From contig CAYPFA010000001.1 in the NCBI GenBank assembly GCA_964410025.1, positions 223,401 to 287,400 on the forward strand: a stretch of DNA of 64,000 bases, given 5' to 3'. Shown here in pieces: positions 8,721 to 17,524 of this stretch. Positions within the stretch are counted from its first letter, which is position 1. Each line of letters begins with the position of its first letter. Origin of the DNA: Candidatus Woesearchaeota archaeon (GTDB lineage Archaea > Nanobdellota > Nanobdellia > Pacearchaeales > GW2011-AR1). The notes beneath the pieces were generated by a model. The model saw only the letters and a program-made list of their open reading frames with translations, was not told the DNA's origin and did not search any database. A program made the translations under genes and the position numbers.

Positions 8721-9173
8721 ATGAAATTATCGAAGAGAGGCGTATCGCCAGTTATTGCCACAGTGCTTCTAGTAGCATTGGTTTTAATTCTTGCATCAAT
8801 CGTATTTATTTGGGCAAAAAGTTTTATCAGCGAACAAATTGTTAAAAACGGAAAGCCAGTAGAGCAAGCCTGTAAAGATGTTTCCTTTGATATTGACTAT
8901 ATAAAATCCTTAGATGCAGTAGAGCTTCAACTAGTAAACACTGGAAATGTGCCAATCTATGATTTAGATATAAAATTTATTGAGGGGGGAAGTTCTTCCA
9001 TGAAAAGATTTGGTGTTGGCGCCGATGTTGGCTCTTCATCTGATCGAAAAATTCTACCAGCAGCAGGAATTACTCAAATAATATTATACCCTATGGTTTT
9101 AGGAAAAGTAAGCAATAAAGAATCCACTAAAGCAATTACCTGCCTAGACGACGGCAAGGTGATAGCTTTATAA
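8721..9173 (+). CDS. Archaeal type IV pilin-like protein (archaeal pilin N-terminal domain)
   Basis: MKLSKRGVSPVIATVLLVALVLILASIVF; RGVSPVIATVLL is the classic archaeal pilin/archaellin-like N-terminus. Confidence 0.75.
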   Translation: MKLSKRGVSPVIATVLLVALVLILASIVFIWAKSFISEQIVKNGKPVEQACKDVSFDIDYIKSLDAVELQLVNTGNVPIYDLDIKFIEGGSSSMKRFGVGADVGSSSDRKILPAAGITQIILYPMVLGKVSNKESTKAITCLDDGKVIAL

Positions 9174-9273
9174 AGTTTAAAATATTTACACAAAAGACAT
9201 AATAAAAGAATCAGACAAAAATTTGTTTGGCTAAATTTTAGTATTTGTCAAAATTTGAAAGGAGGTTAAGAAT

Positions 9274-9828
9274 ATGAACAAAAAAGCAGTAAGTGAAATC
9301 GTTTCTACAGTTTTAATAATTGCTATTACAATTGCAGCAGTCGGTATTATTATGGCATGGATCGTTCCTATGATCAGAACTAGTATTGATAAAGGCTCAG
9401 CATGTTTTGATGCACAAAGTGATATCTCTCTCGTAACAGACGGAGGATATACTTGTATCTCTAATTCTGTTTCAATGTGTCCAGATGGAAATTATGTTCC
9501 ATTCAATAATACTCATTGTAACGGTACAGATAATACTGGATTTAAAACAAACGTAACGGGTGCAATAATATATTTTCAAGTTAAAAAAGGTGCAAACACC
9601 AAAATTAATTTGACAGGTATACAAGCAATTATTTCAATCGCTGGAAACACACAATCAATAGATATTACAACTGGCTTACCCACAACAAACAACGAAAAGA
9701 CATTAAGTCTTAGCGGTGTAAAATACCAAAATGCTACAAGTATAAAAGTGGCACCAATGGTGAAGGTAGGAAAAGTACAATCTCTTTGCGAAACAACACA
9801 AGAAATAGCTTTAGCAAATTGTGCCTAA
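9274..9828 (+). CDS. Archaeal type IV pilin-like protein
   Basis: MNKKAVSEIVSTVLIIAITIAAVGIIMAW. A strong SD (aggaggt) precedes the ATG. Confidence 0.7.
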   Translation: MNKKAVSEIVSTVLIIAITIAAVGIIMAWIVPMIRTSIDKGSACFDAQSDISLVTDGGYTCISNSVSMCPDGNYVPFNNTHCNGTDNTGFKTNVTGAIIYFQVKKGANTKINLTGIQAIISIAGNTQSIDITTGLPTTNNEKTLSLSGVKYQNATSIKVAPMVKVGKVQSLCETTQEIALANCA

Positions 9829-9896
9829 ATAAATTTTAATATTTTTATTTTTATTTTTATTTTTACTATATTCAACAAAAATAACTATTTAGAAAA

Positions 9897-10409
9897 ATGA
9901 AAAAAAGAGGACAAATCTGGGTTGAAACGGTCATATATACACTAATTGGCTTAGCAATAATTGGAATTGTTTTAGCCGCCTCAAAACCAAAAATAGAGGA
10001 AATGAAAGATAAATTAATTATAGAACAAACCATCTCCTCTCTAAATGATCTCTCTAGTCAAATATACGATGCTCAAATGGCTCCTGGCAACAAGAGAATT
10101 ATTGACATGCAAATTTCTAAAGGAACATTTTACATAGACTCAGAAAAAGATGAAATAGGATGGTCTATTGAATCAGGCTATAAATATAGCGAAATTGGGA
10201 AAGCCATCTCTTTAGGAAATCTCAACGTACTCACAACATCCTCAGGCCCTTATGAGATCAAAATCTACAGAAACTTCAGCTCAAACCTAAGCGTTGACGG
10301 AGCACAAAAAAAATTACAACTAGAAAGCGCTCCAAAACCATATAAAATTTCTGTAACAAACAAGGGTTTATCTGGAGGACTAGTTAATATTGATATATCT
10401 GCATTTTAA
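9897..10409 (+). CDS. Archaeal type IV pilin-like protein
   Basis: MKKRGQIWVETVIYTLIGLAIIGIVLA, a KRG-Q class III signal peptide. Confidence 0.7.
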   Translation: MKKRGQIWVETVIYTLIGLAIIGIVLAASKPKIEEMKDKLIIEQTISSLNDLSSQIYDAQMAPGNKRIIDMQISKGTFYIDSEKDEIGWSIESGYKYSEIGKAISLGNLNVLTTSSGPYEIKIYRNFSSNLSVDGAQKKLQLESAPKPYKISVTNKGLSGGLVNIDISAF

Positions 10410-10452
10410 TAAAAATATTTAAAGAGATTTTTTCTAATAATAATGAGATGCC

Positions 10453-11979
10453 ATGGGGGTTACTAAAATAAACACAAATGTAAGAGTTCCAAAGATAGAA
10501 TACTCTGCAGATAAAAAAGCCATTGATGTAAGATATGCCTTAATTTCTCCCTATGCCAATGCCCATGTTTATTGGGATAATAAAATTGGAGAATTAGTTT
10601 ACGATCTAGAAGAACCAATCCTTAGTCTAGCGGAAAAAGAGAATTTAAAAAAATTAAAAAATTCTGTTCAAGAAATAATTAATATAAGTGTAGCTCGTGA
10701 TGAAACTCAAGAGTCTCTAGAGGAATATTTAGATAAACTCGCGAAACTAGTAATTTCAGAAACACAAATAAAAATATCTGAAGACAGTTACTACAAACTT
10801 TTTTATTATTTATACCGAGATTTCTATGGCTTAAATGAAATTGAAGCTCTAATGCACGACTATTTTTTAGAAGACATTCAATGCAACGGCGTCGGCCAAC
10901 CCATCTATCTTGTTCACAGGGTTTTCAGAAATATGCGAACATCTATTCAGTTTCCAGATCTAGATGAATTGGTAAGTTTTGTAGAAAAGCTAGCACAAAA
11001 ATGCGGAAGATATATTTCCTACGCATCACCACTGCTTGACGGAAGCCTGCCGGATGGATCAAGAGTTAACGCTACATATACGAAAGACGTTTCCTCTCGT
11101 GGTCCAACCTTCACAATTAGAAAATTTGCAAAAACACCATTTACGCCACTTAATCTAATTAGTCTAGAAACACTCTCTCCCGAAATGCTTGCCTTTCTCT
11201 GGATGATGATGCAATACAAACTCAATGTTCTTATTGCCGGAGGAACGGGTTCCGGAAAAACAACACTACTAAACGCCATTGCATTTTTTATTCCACCAGA
11301 GGCAAGAGTTGTTTCAATCGAAGATACTCGTGAGTTAAACCTCAGTAGAGAAAATTGGCTACCCTCCGTAGTTAGAACTGGAGTAACTGCCGGAGGAGTT
11401 GGTGACGTTGATATGTTTAGTTTACTTAAAGCGTCTTTTAGACAAATTCCAGACTATGTAATTGTTGGAGAAGTAAGAGGAAAAGAAGCTTCAGTTTTAT
11501 TTCAAGGAATGGCTTCTGGGCACGCATCCATGGGAACCATTCATGCAGACTCAATTGAGACGGTAATTAGAAGACTTGAAACGCCACCCATAGAACTTTC
11601 ACCAACACTAGTTAACGAACTAGATGCAATAGTTGTAATGACTCATGCCGTCATCAACGGAAAAGAAACAAGAAAACTTCGAGAAATTATTGAAGTCATA
11701 AATGTTGATGCAAATGGGACTGCGAAGACCAATACTCCGTTTCTTTGGGATCCATCAAAAGATAAATTCTACTCAAAACGAGATAGTCATGTTTTTGAAA
11801 AAATCCAAAAAGTAAATGGGATTTCCGTTGCAAAACTCCAAGAAGATTTTGACAAAAGAGTGAGATTAATTTACACTCTTTTTAACAAAAAAGTTTTCGA
11901 CTTTGAAGAGTTACAGAGAATAATTAATGACTTCTATAAAAATCCTCAAGAAATATATAAAAAATACGGCATACAATAA
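10453..11979 (+). CDS. Type IV pilus/archaellum assembly ATPase (FlaI/PilB/GspE superfamily)
   Basis: Walker A AGGTGSGKTT, VSIEDTRE, PDYVIVGEVRG, GHASMGTIHA, the secretion-ATPase motif series. Sits directly downstream of the pilin genes. Confidence 0.85.
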   Translation: MGVTKINTNVRVPKIEYSADKKAIDVRYALISPYANAHVYWDNKIGELVYDLEEPILSLAEKENLKKLKNSVQEIINISVARDETQESLEEYLDKLAKLVISETQIKISEDSYYKLFYYLYRDFYGLNEIEALMHDYFLEDIQCNGVGQPIYLVHRVFRNMRTSIQFPDLDELVSFVEKLAQKCGRYISYASPLLDGSLPDGSRVNATYTKDVSSRGPTFTIRKFAKTPFTPLNLISLETLSPEMLAFLWMMMQYKLNVLIAGGTGSGKTTLLNAIAFFIPPEARVVSIEDTRELNLSRENWLPSVVRTGVTAGGVGDVDMFSLLKASFRQIPDYVIVGEVRGKEASVLFQGMASGHASMGTIHADSIETVIRRLETPPIELSPTLVNELDAIVVMTHAVINGKETRKLREIIEVINVDANGTAKTNTPFLWDPSKDKFYSKRDSHVFEKIQKVNGISVAKLQEDFDKRVRLIYTLFNKKVFDFEELQRIINDFYKNPQEIYKKYGIQ

Positions 11980-12066
11980 AAACCACCATATTGTTTTTTA
12001 AAATATTTATACAATCAAAAATATAACGATAACAAGATTTAAATAAAACAGAATGCTTTTTCTTTA

Positions 12067-14517
12067 ATGAAAGAAACATTTGTGCCCATAGATTATTCTT
12101 ATTTTGATTTTGAAGGGAAAAATATTATATGCCTAATTGGAAGAAATAATAAGGGGAAAAGAATATGTGTACTTGACTCCTATGAGCCCAATTTTTACGT
12201 TATTCTCAATGATGGTACAAAAAACAACGAAATAGAAAAAATCAGAGAAAAAATAGAAAAAATAGAAATTTCAAACAATTCCAGAACATCCAATGTTACA
12301 AAAACCACAATTGAGAGAAAAAATTACTTGGGAAAAGAAGTAATTGCCATAAGAATTTTTGTTTCAAATCATAAAGACATGCATGATTTTGCCGATCAAA
12401 TTGATTTTAAAGAAGTTTTCAAAAGAAGAGAATATGATTTGCCCATAATTTCAAAATATATAATTGAAAAAAAAATTGAACCATTCCAATGGTTAGAAGT
12501 TGAAGGAGAGCTACTCAGAGATTCATTGGAATTTGGAAAATTTGATTCTGCACTAGATTTTAATCTTTGCATAAAAGCAGAAAAGATTTCCAAATCAAAT
12601 TATCCAGAAGAATTATCTCCCAACTTTTTAGCCTATGATATTGAAACAGACAATATTGAATTAGGCAAGGGAGAAATATTATCTATCTCTCTATATGGGA
12701 AAAATTTCAAAAAAGTTTTAACACATAAAAAATGCGAATCCAAACAAGAATTTGTTGAAATACTTTCCTCAGAAGAAAAAATGTTAAACGCTTTCGTTAA
12801 GGAAGTTAAAGAATATGATCCTGATTTTTTAGTTGGATATTTTTCTGACGGATTTGATCTACCCTATCTAAAAGCTCGTGCAGAAAAAAATAAAATGAAA
12901 CTTCCTCTTGGTCTAAATGGAAGCCAACCAACTTTTGCAAGAGGAATTTTAACATCTGGAAAAATATTTGGAATAGTTCATATTGACCTATTTAGATTTA
13001 TCAAATCTGTTTATTCCCAATATATGCAATCAGAAACACTTTCACTAGACGATGTTTGCCATGAGTTAATTGGAGAACGAAAAATGGAATTTGATTTTTC
13101 AAAACTTTCTAAATTAAAAGATGGCGATTGGAAAGATTTATTCGAATATAATTTACACGATTCCGTTATAACATACAAACTCGCCGAAAAAATTTGGCCA
13201 GATATTTTTGAGTTTACAAAAATCATGAGAGAACCAGTTTTTGATGTTTCAAGAAATTCCATGTCTGCAAATGTAGAAGATTATATTATCCACAATTTAG
13301 AAAAATTTAACGAAATTGCTGAAAAAAAACCCATGGGTGAAGAAGTTTCCAAAAGAAGAGAAAGAGAAAAATACGAAGGTGCATTTGTTTTCAAACCCTC
13401 TCCAGGACTCTATGAAAATATTGTATTCTTTGATTTTACAAGCTATTGGCCAAGCATAATAGTCAGCTATAATTTATCGCGTTCAACCTATCTGGAGAAA
13501 GAGGAAAACAATTCCCTGGAAGTAGACATCGGAGATAAAAAACTTTATTTTTCAAAAAAGCCAGGATTTTTTCCAAAAATATTAAACGAAATAATAGATA
13601 AAAGAAAACAATACAAACAAGAATATAATAAAGATAAAAGTCCAATAACCAAAGCTAGAAGTAATGCCTACAAGCTACTAGCAAATGCTTCCTATGGCTA
13701 TCAGGGGTTTTTCGGAGCAAGATATTATTGCCCAGAAGCAAGCGCTGCAACGACAGCAATTTCAAGAGATTTTATTAAAAAAATTATTGACAAAATAAAT
13801 ACAAAGGGATGCCAAGTTATTTATTCAGATACAGACTCCATTGCTTTCCTAAGAAATAAAAACACAAAAAAAGAAACACTAGATTTACTAAAAGAATTAA
13901 ATGACGACCTGCCGGGAATAATGGAACTTGACCTAGAAGATTTCTATAATCGTGGCCTATTTGTATCAAAAAGAACCACTCAAGAGGGAGCAAAAAAGAA
14001 ATATGCCCTAATAAACGAAGAAGGAAAATTTAAAATCAGAGGATTTGAAACCGTCAGAAGAGACTGGTGTGAATTAGCAAGAGAGCTACAAAACGAAGTA
14101 TTGGAAAAGGTACTCACCGAAGGAAATGAAAAAAGCGCACTAGAACTTCTTAAAAAAACTGTAGAAAAATTGAAAAATAGGAAAATTGAAAAAAATAAAC
14201 TAACCATAAGAACTCAACTAAAAAAATCAATAGATGAATATATTGCACAAGGGCCTCACGTTATTGCAGCAAAAAAAATGAAAGATGCAAATCTGCCAGT
14301 TTCTTCGGGAATGCTTATTGAATATTTTATTGCAGAAACAAACAAGAAAAAACCACTAATAAGAGAAATGGTTGCTCTACCTGATGAAAAAAAAGAATAT
14401 AATATAGAATATTATCTAAAAAATCAACTATTGCCAGCAGTTGAAAATATATTCGAAGTTTTCAACATAGATGTCAATGAAATAATTGACGGACATAAAC
14501 AGAAAACACTATTCTAA
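12067..14517 (+). CDS. polB: Family B DNA polymerase
   Basis: Exo I FLAYDIETD, motif A FFDFTSYWPSI, motif B KLLANASYGY, motif C VIYSDTDSI. No intein interruption seen. Confidence 0.95.
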   Translation: MKETFVPIDYSYFDFEGKNIICLIGRNNKGKRICVLDSYEPNFYVILNDGTKNNEIEKIREKIEKIEISNNSRTSNVTKTTIERKNYLGKEVIAIRIFVSNHKDMHDFADQIDFKEVFKRREYDLPIISKYIIEKKIEPFQWLEVEGELLRDSLEFGKFDSALDFNLCIKAEKISKSNYPEELSPNFLAYDIETDNIELGKGEILSISLYGKNFKKVLTHKKCESKQEFVEILSSEEKMLNAFVKEVKEYDPDFLVGYFSDGFDLPYLKARAEKNKMKLPLGLNGSQPTFARGILTSGKIFGIVHIDLFRFIKSVYSQYMQSETLSLDDVCHELIGERKMEFDFSKLSKLKDGDWKDLFEYNLHDSVITYKLAEKIWPDIFEFTKIMREPVFDVSRNSMSANVEDYIIHNLEKFNEIAEKKPMGEEVSKRREREKYEGAFVFKPSPGLYENIVFFDFTSYWPSIIVSYNLSRSTYLEKEENNSLEVDIGDKKLYFSKKPGFFPKILNEIIDKRKQYKQEYNKDKSPITKARSNAYKLLANASYGYQGFFGARYYCPEASAATTAISRDFIKKIIDKINTKGCQVIYSDTDSIAFLRNKNTKKETLDLLKELNDDLPGIMELDLEDFYNRGLFVSKRTTQEGAKKKYALINEEGKFKIRGFETVRRDWCELARELQNEVLEKVLTEGNEKSALELLKKTVEKLKNRKIEKNKLTIRTQLKKSIDEYIAQGPHVIAAKKMKDANLPVSSGMLIEYFIAETNKKKPLIREMVALPDEKKEYNIEYYLKNQLLPAVENIFEVFNIDVNEIIDGHKQKTLF

Positions 14518-14678
14518 AAACATCAACAAAATTATAAACTAAATTATTTTTCTTTACAAAATAAAAATTTCTCTAAATCCAAAATGGATGACCTCTAATT
14601 AGGCCTCAAAAAAGAAACATTTTTGGCTTTTCTCATTTCTTTCAAAAAGCTTATTAAACGAGGTTTCTATAGATTGTT

Positions 14679-15989
14679 ATGCCATATGATGTGATAGTCG
14701 GAAGAAATGAGAGTGATAAGAAAGCATTCGGAAAAAAGGGTTTAATTTTTCTTGGAAAGAGTTATGTAACCATGGGTCAATATACTTCACTTTCTAATCC
14801 TGTTTATATGGACGTAGCACGAAGCCACGTCATAATGATTGCCGGAAAAAGAGGCTCTGGTAAATCCTACACTCTTGGCGGAATGGCCGAAGCAATTTCA
14901 GATTTAAATTTTGAAGAAGCGCAAAATGTTTCCTCACTAATTTTTGACACCATGGGAATTTTCTGGACCATGAAATTCAAAAATCACAAAGACAAAGCAT
15001 TACTATTCGAATGGGGCTTAGAAGAAAAAAATATTCCCGTTCGTGTCTATGTTCCCTTTGGTTATTACAATCAATTTAGAGATAAGGGAATACCCATTGA
15101 TGGAGAATTCGCAATAAAACTTTCCGACCTAGAAGCCGACGACTGGATTTCTCTATTTGGACTAAAATTTACACAACCCGAAGGAGTTCTAATTGAAACA
15201 ATCGTATCCAGATTAAAAGAAAAAGGAAATTTTAGTTTTGAGGACATTAGGAATCTTGCAAGACAATCCGAAGAAGTTTCTCAAGATATTAAAAATGCTG
15301 TCATCTCACTTTTCAACGCTGCCGAAACATGGAAATTATTTGACGAAAAAATAGGAACACCTATAAAAGAACTTATTGTTGGCGGGAAAACCACAGTTAT
15401 AGATCTTTCAATGTACGCATCATCTGGAAGTTTCAATGTTAGAGGATTGGTAATTGGTTTGGTGTGTAAAAAATTATTTAATGAAAGAATGTCTGAAAGA
15501 AGAAATGAAGAAATTCAAGCCGTTCAAAGAGGCTACGATATGCAAAGTTTTTCAGTAAAAAGAGAAATGCCACTAGTTTGGATTTTCATTGATGAAGCCC
15601 ATGAATTTCTACCAAGAACCGAAGATGGGAAAACCCCGGCAACCGACGCGCTAATACAACTACTAAGAGAAGGTAGACAGCCAGGAATTTCTTTAGTTTT
15701 AGCAACCCAACAGCCTGGAAAAATTCATACTGATGCCATGACTCAATCCGATATTGTTTTATCTCACAGAGTTACGGCTGAACAAGATGTTAATGCCTTA
15801 AACTCTATCATGCAAACATATCTATACGAAGGCATCAAGGAAAAAATGAATAATCTGCCACACCTAAAAGGTTCCGCAATCTTACTTGACGACAATTCTG
15901 AAAGAATTTATCCAATAAGAGTTAGACCTAGATTTACATGGCACGGAGGCGATGCGCCTAGTGCTGTAAGAGAAGAAAAAATAGAATAA
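14679..15989 (+). CDS. HerA/FtsK-like (DUF87-type) P-loop ATPase
   Basis: Walker A AGKRGSGKSY, Walker B WIFIDEAHEFLP, then LATQQPGKI and SHRV. No NurA partner seen nearby. Confidence 0.7.
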   Translation: MPYDVIVGRNESDKKAFGKKGLIFLGKSYVTMGQYTSLSNPVYMDVARSHVIMIAGKRGSGKSYTLGGMAEAISDLNFEEAQNVSSLIFDTMGIFWTMKFKNHKDKALLFEWGLEEKNIPVRVYVPFGYYNQFRDKGIPIDGEFAIKLSDLEADDWISLFGLKFTQPEGVLIETIVSRLKEKGNFSFEDIRNLARQSEEVSQDIKNAVISLFNAAETWKLFDEKIGTPIKELIVGGKTTVIDLSMYASSGSFNVRGLVIGLVCKKLFNERMSERRNEEIQAVQRGYDMQSFSVKREMPLVWIFIDEAHEFLPRTEDGKTPATDALIQLLREGRQPGISLVLATQQPGKIHTDAMTQSDIVLSHRVTAEQDVNALNSIMQTYLYEGIKEKMNNLPHLKGSAILLDDNSERIYPIRVRPRFTWHGGDAPSAVREEKIE

Positions 15990-16124
15990 AATATCGCCGG
16001 AGTGCCTGGCACGGTGAGCAATTCGCTTTTGCCTTGAAAATTTTAAAATTCAAAACCGCAAATGCAAATTGCGAATAAGAGATGCGCCTAGTGCTGTAAG
16101 AGAAGAAAAAATAGAATAAAATAT
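15951..16124. repeat. Perfect 44-bp direct repeat (15951-15994 and 16081-16124) flanking an 86-bp insert
   Basis: gatgcgcctagtgctgtaagagaagaaaaaatagaataaaatat occurs twice. The first copy is the last 13 codons, the stop and 5 nt after it of the HerA-like gene. Confidence 0.9.
16015..16077. mobile_element. Small hairpin-forming insert, copy 1 of a two-copy family (MITE-like; mobility not proven)
   Basis: Left end tgagcaattcgcttttgc and right end cgcaaatgcaaattgcgaata are identical to 24959-24976 and 25009-25029. The ends are imperfect inverted repeats (ATTCGCtTTTGC / rc ATTCGCaaTTTGC). Confidence 0.5.
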
Positions 16125-16226
16125 ATTATAATAAAATAATATAATCTCACAATTTATTTAATATATATTATTATTCTAAAGTGGTAACAAATACAAAGGT
16201 TTAAATACTTGCTACGACTTATATAA

Positions 16227-16664
16227 TTATACAAAAAGATAGTAAATCAAAGCAAAAAACAAGATTCTCGATGTTGGGATAAATGGAAAGCTTCTGGTGC
16301 AGTAGGCTATGCGCTCGGAGAAGCATACGCATTTTTTAACTGCCAAGCATCTAGTGATAAAATTCAAAACGAGCTACCTTTTGTTCGTGAATTAACTCAA
16401 GCTCCTAATAAACTAGAACTATCTCTATCGGAAGGATTTTCTCCAGAAGATTTTATAGAATATGATTTAAAACAAATTGCAAAAAATGCGGGAATGAAAT
16501 ATGTAATGAAAGTAAAATCCCCAGAACAAAATAACAGACAAGCGGCTACAGAATTAGGCGCAATTTTAAATCAAGCCTATCAATCACCTCTTTATCAATC
16601 CGGCGAACAATTTAATGGTGGAGTTTTTTACAAAGATGCTGGACGATATAATTCTTTAGAATAA
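16227..16664 (+). CDS. Open reading frame of ~145 codons with no ATG/GTG/TTG start before codon ~90 (gene fragment, pseudogene or near-cognate start)
   Basis: The frame opens after TAA at 16224-16226 and ends at TAA 16662-16664. Translation: ...WDKWKASGAVGYALGEAYAFFNCQASSDKIQNELPFVRELTQ...GGVFYKDAGRYNSLE. The only near-cognate candidate is ATA at 16239. A TATA-like cttatataat lies just upstream. Confidence 0.3.
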   Translation, partial: LYKKIVNQSKKQDSRCWDKWKASGAVGYALGEAYAFFNCQASSDKIQNELPFVRELTQAPNKLELSLSEGFSPEDFIEYDLKQIAKNAGMKYVMKVKSPEQNNRQAATELGAILNQAYQSPLYQSGEQFNGGVFYKDAGRYNSLE

Positions 16665-16747
16665 ATATAAATCCGTATAAAAAAGTAATTACAAACTTTT
16701 TTAAATGAATACAATTTGAGTAAATCATAATCTAACCGATTAATCGT

Positions 16748-16822
16748 GGCCTCGTAGCTCAGCCTGGTTAGAGTACCAGACTCTTAATCTGGGTGTCAGG
16801 GGTTCAAATCCCCTCGAGGTCA
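16748..16822 (+). tRNA. tRNA-Lys (anticodon CUU)
   Basis: Acceptor GGCCTCG/CGAGGTC plus discriminator A; D arm GCTCagcctggttaGAGT; anticodon stem CCAGA/TCTGG with loop CTCTTAA; T arm AGGGGttcaaatCCCCT. Confidence 0.9.
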
Positions 16823-16891
16823 TTTAGCTCTAATTGGGCAACAGCGAAATTAGATTTAATGGTTTCTAGTGATTTAAAGTCTATACGAAAA

Positions 16892-16986
16892 TCAGGGGTT
16901 AAAATTTTTGCTTTTTATAACAACTTGCGAAGCAACTAAAACAAAAATCCGAAAAGTGAAAATTTTACAAAATCCCCTCGAGGTCA
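16892..16986 (+). pseudogene. Second, interrupted copy of the tRNA-Lys(CUU) 3' portion
   Basis: tcaggggtt (16892-16900) and aaatcccctcgaggtca (16970-16986) match tRNA positions 16796-16804 and 16806-16822. They are separated by a 69-nt AT-rich insert containing the hairpin TTGCgaaGCAA. Confidence 0.7.
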
Positions 16987-17092
16987 TAAATTTATTGAAT
17001 GAAGTGAAATAAATATCGTTACTTCTAGTAATTTAAAGTCTATATAAAAATTAAAAATAAGACCAACAAATATTATAAAAACAGCTATCTAA

Positions 17093-17380
17093 TTATCCTT
17101 CAACAATTCTTTTTATAGAATCAATATGTTCTGCGATTTCAAGTCCTCTCTTTGTTAATTTGATGATTTTTATTCTTCCTTTCTTTTCAAAAACAACCAA
17201 TCCTAACTCTTCAAGTATCTGTAAAATCTTAACAGCATGAGAATATGTACAATCTACCTCTTTCGCAAGAACAGAACCATATTTTGCCTTATTAACTCTC
17301 TTTAAAGCAAGGAGCATCATTGCCGGTTTCCTTCTAAAAAACAAATCGAAGTTCGCGTGTATGTTTGGTATGTCTGCCAT
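17093..17380 (-). CDS. Small winged-helix DNA-binding protein (ArsR/MarR-like)
   Basis: 95 aa. YGSVLAKEVDCTYSHAVKILQILEELGLVVFEKKGRIKIIKLTKRG is a typical wHTH. Confidence 0.55.
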   Translation of the reverse strand: MADIPNIHANFDLFFRRKPAMMLLALKRVNKAKYGSVLAKEVDCTYSHAVKILQILEELGLVVFEKKGRIKIIKLTKRGLEIAEHIDSIKRIVEG

Positions 17381-17524
17381 TTGAATATATATCTTTTAAT
17401 CTATATATTCGAGTTACAAACCGCTTTTAAAGCTTTCCCTAACTTTTCGTCCATGCGCAGTAGATACAAAAAAATTCAGAAATTTTATAGGAGTAACGAA
17501 AAAAATAAACTTTTTAAAAAACTT

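Noticed and set aside
9841-9866. Tandem ttttta x4 after the fourth pilin gene, considered as a possible repeat array or CRISPR remnant.
   Set aside because: It is only a 6-nt unit with no spacers. It is simple AT-rich slippage, probably part of an oligo-T terminator or the next promoter.
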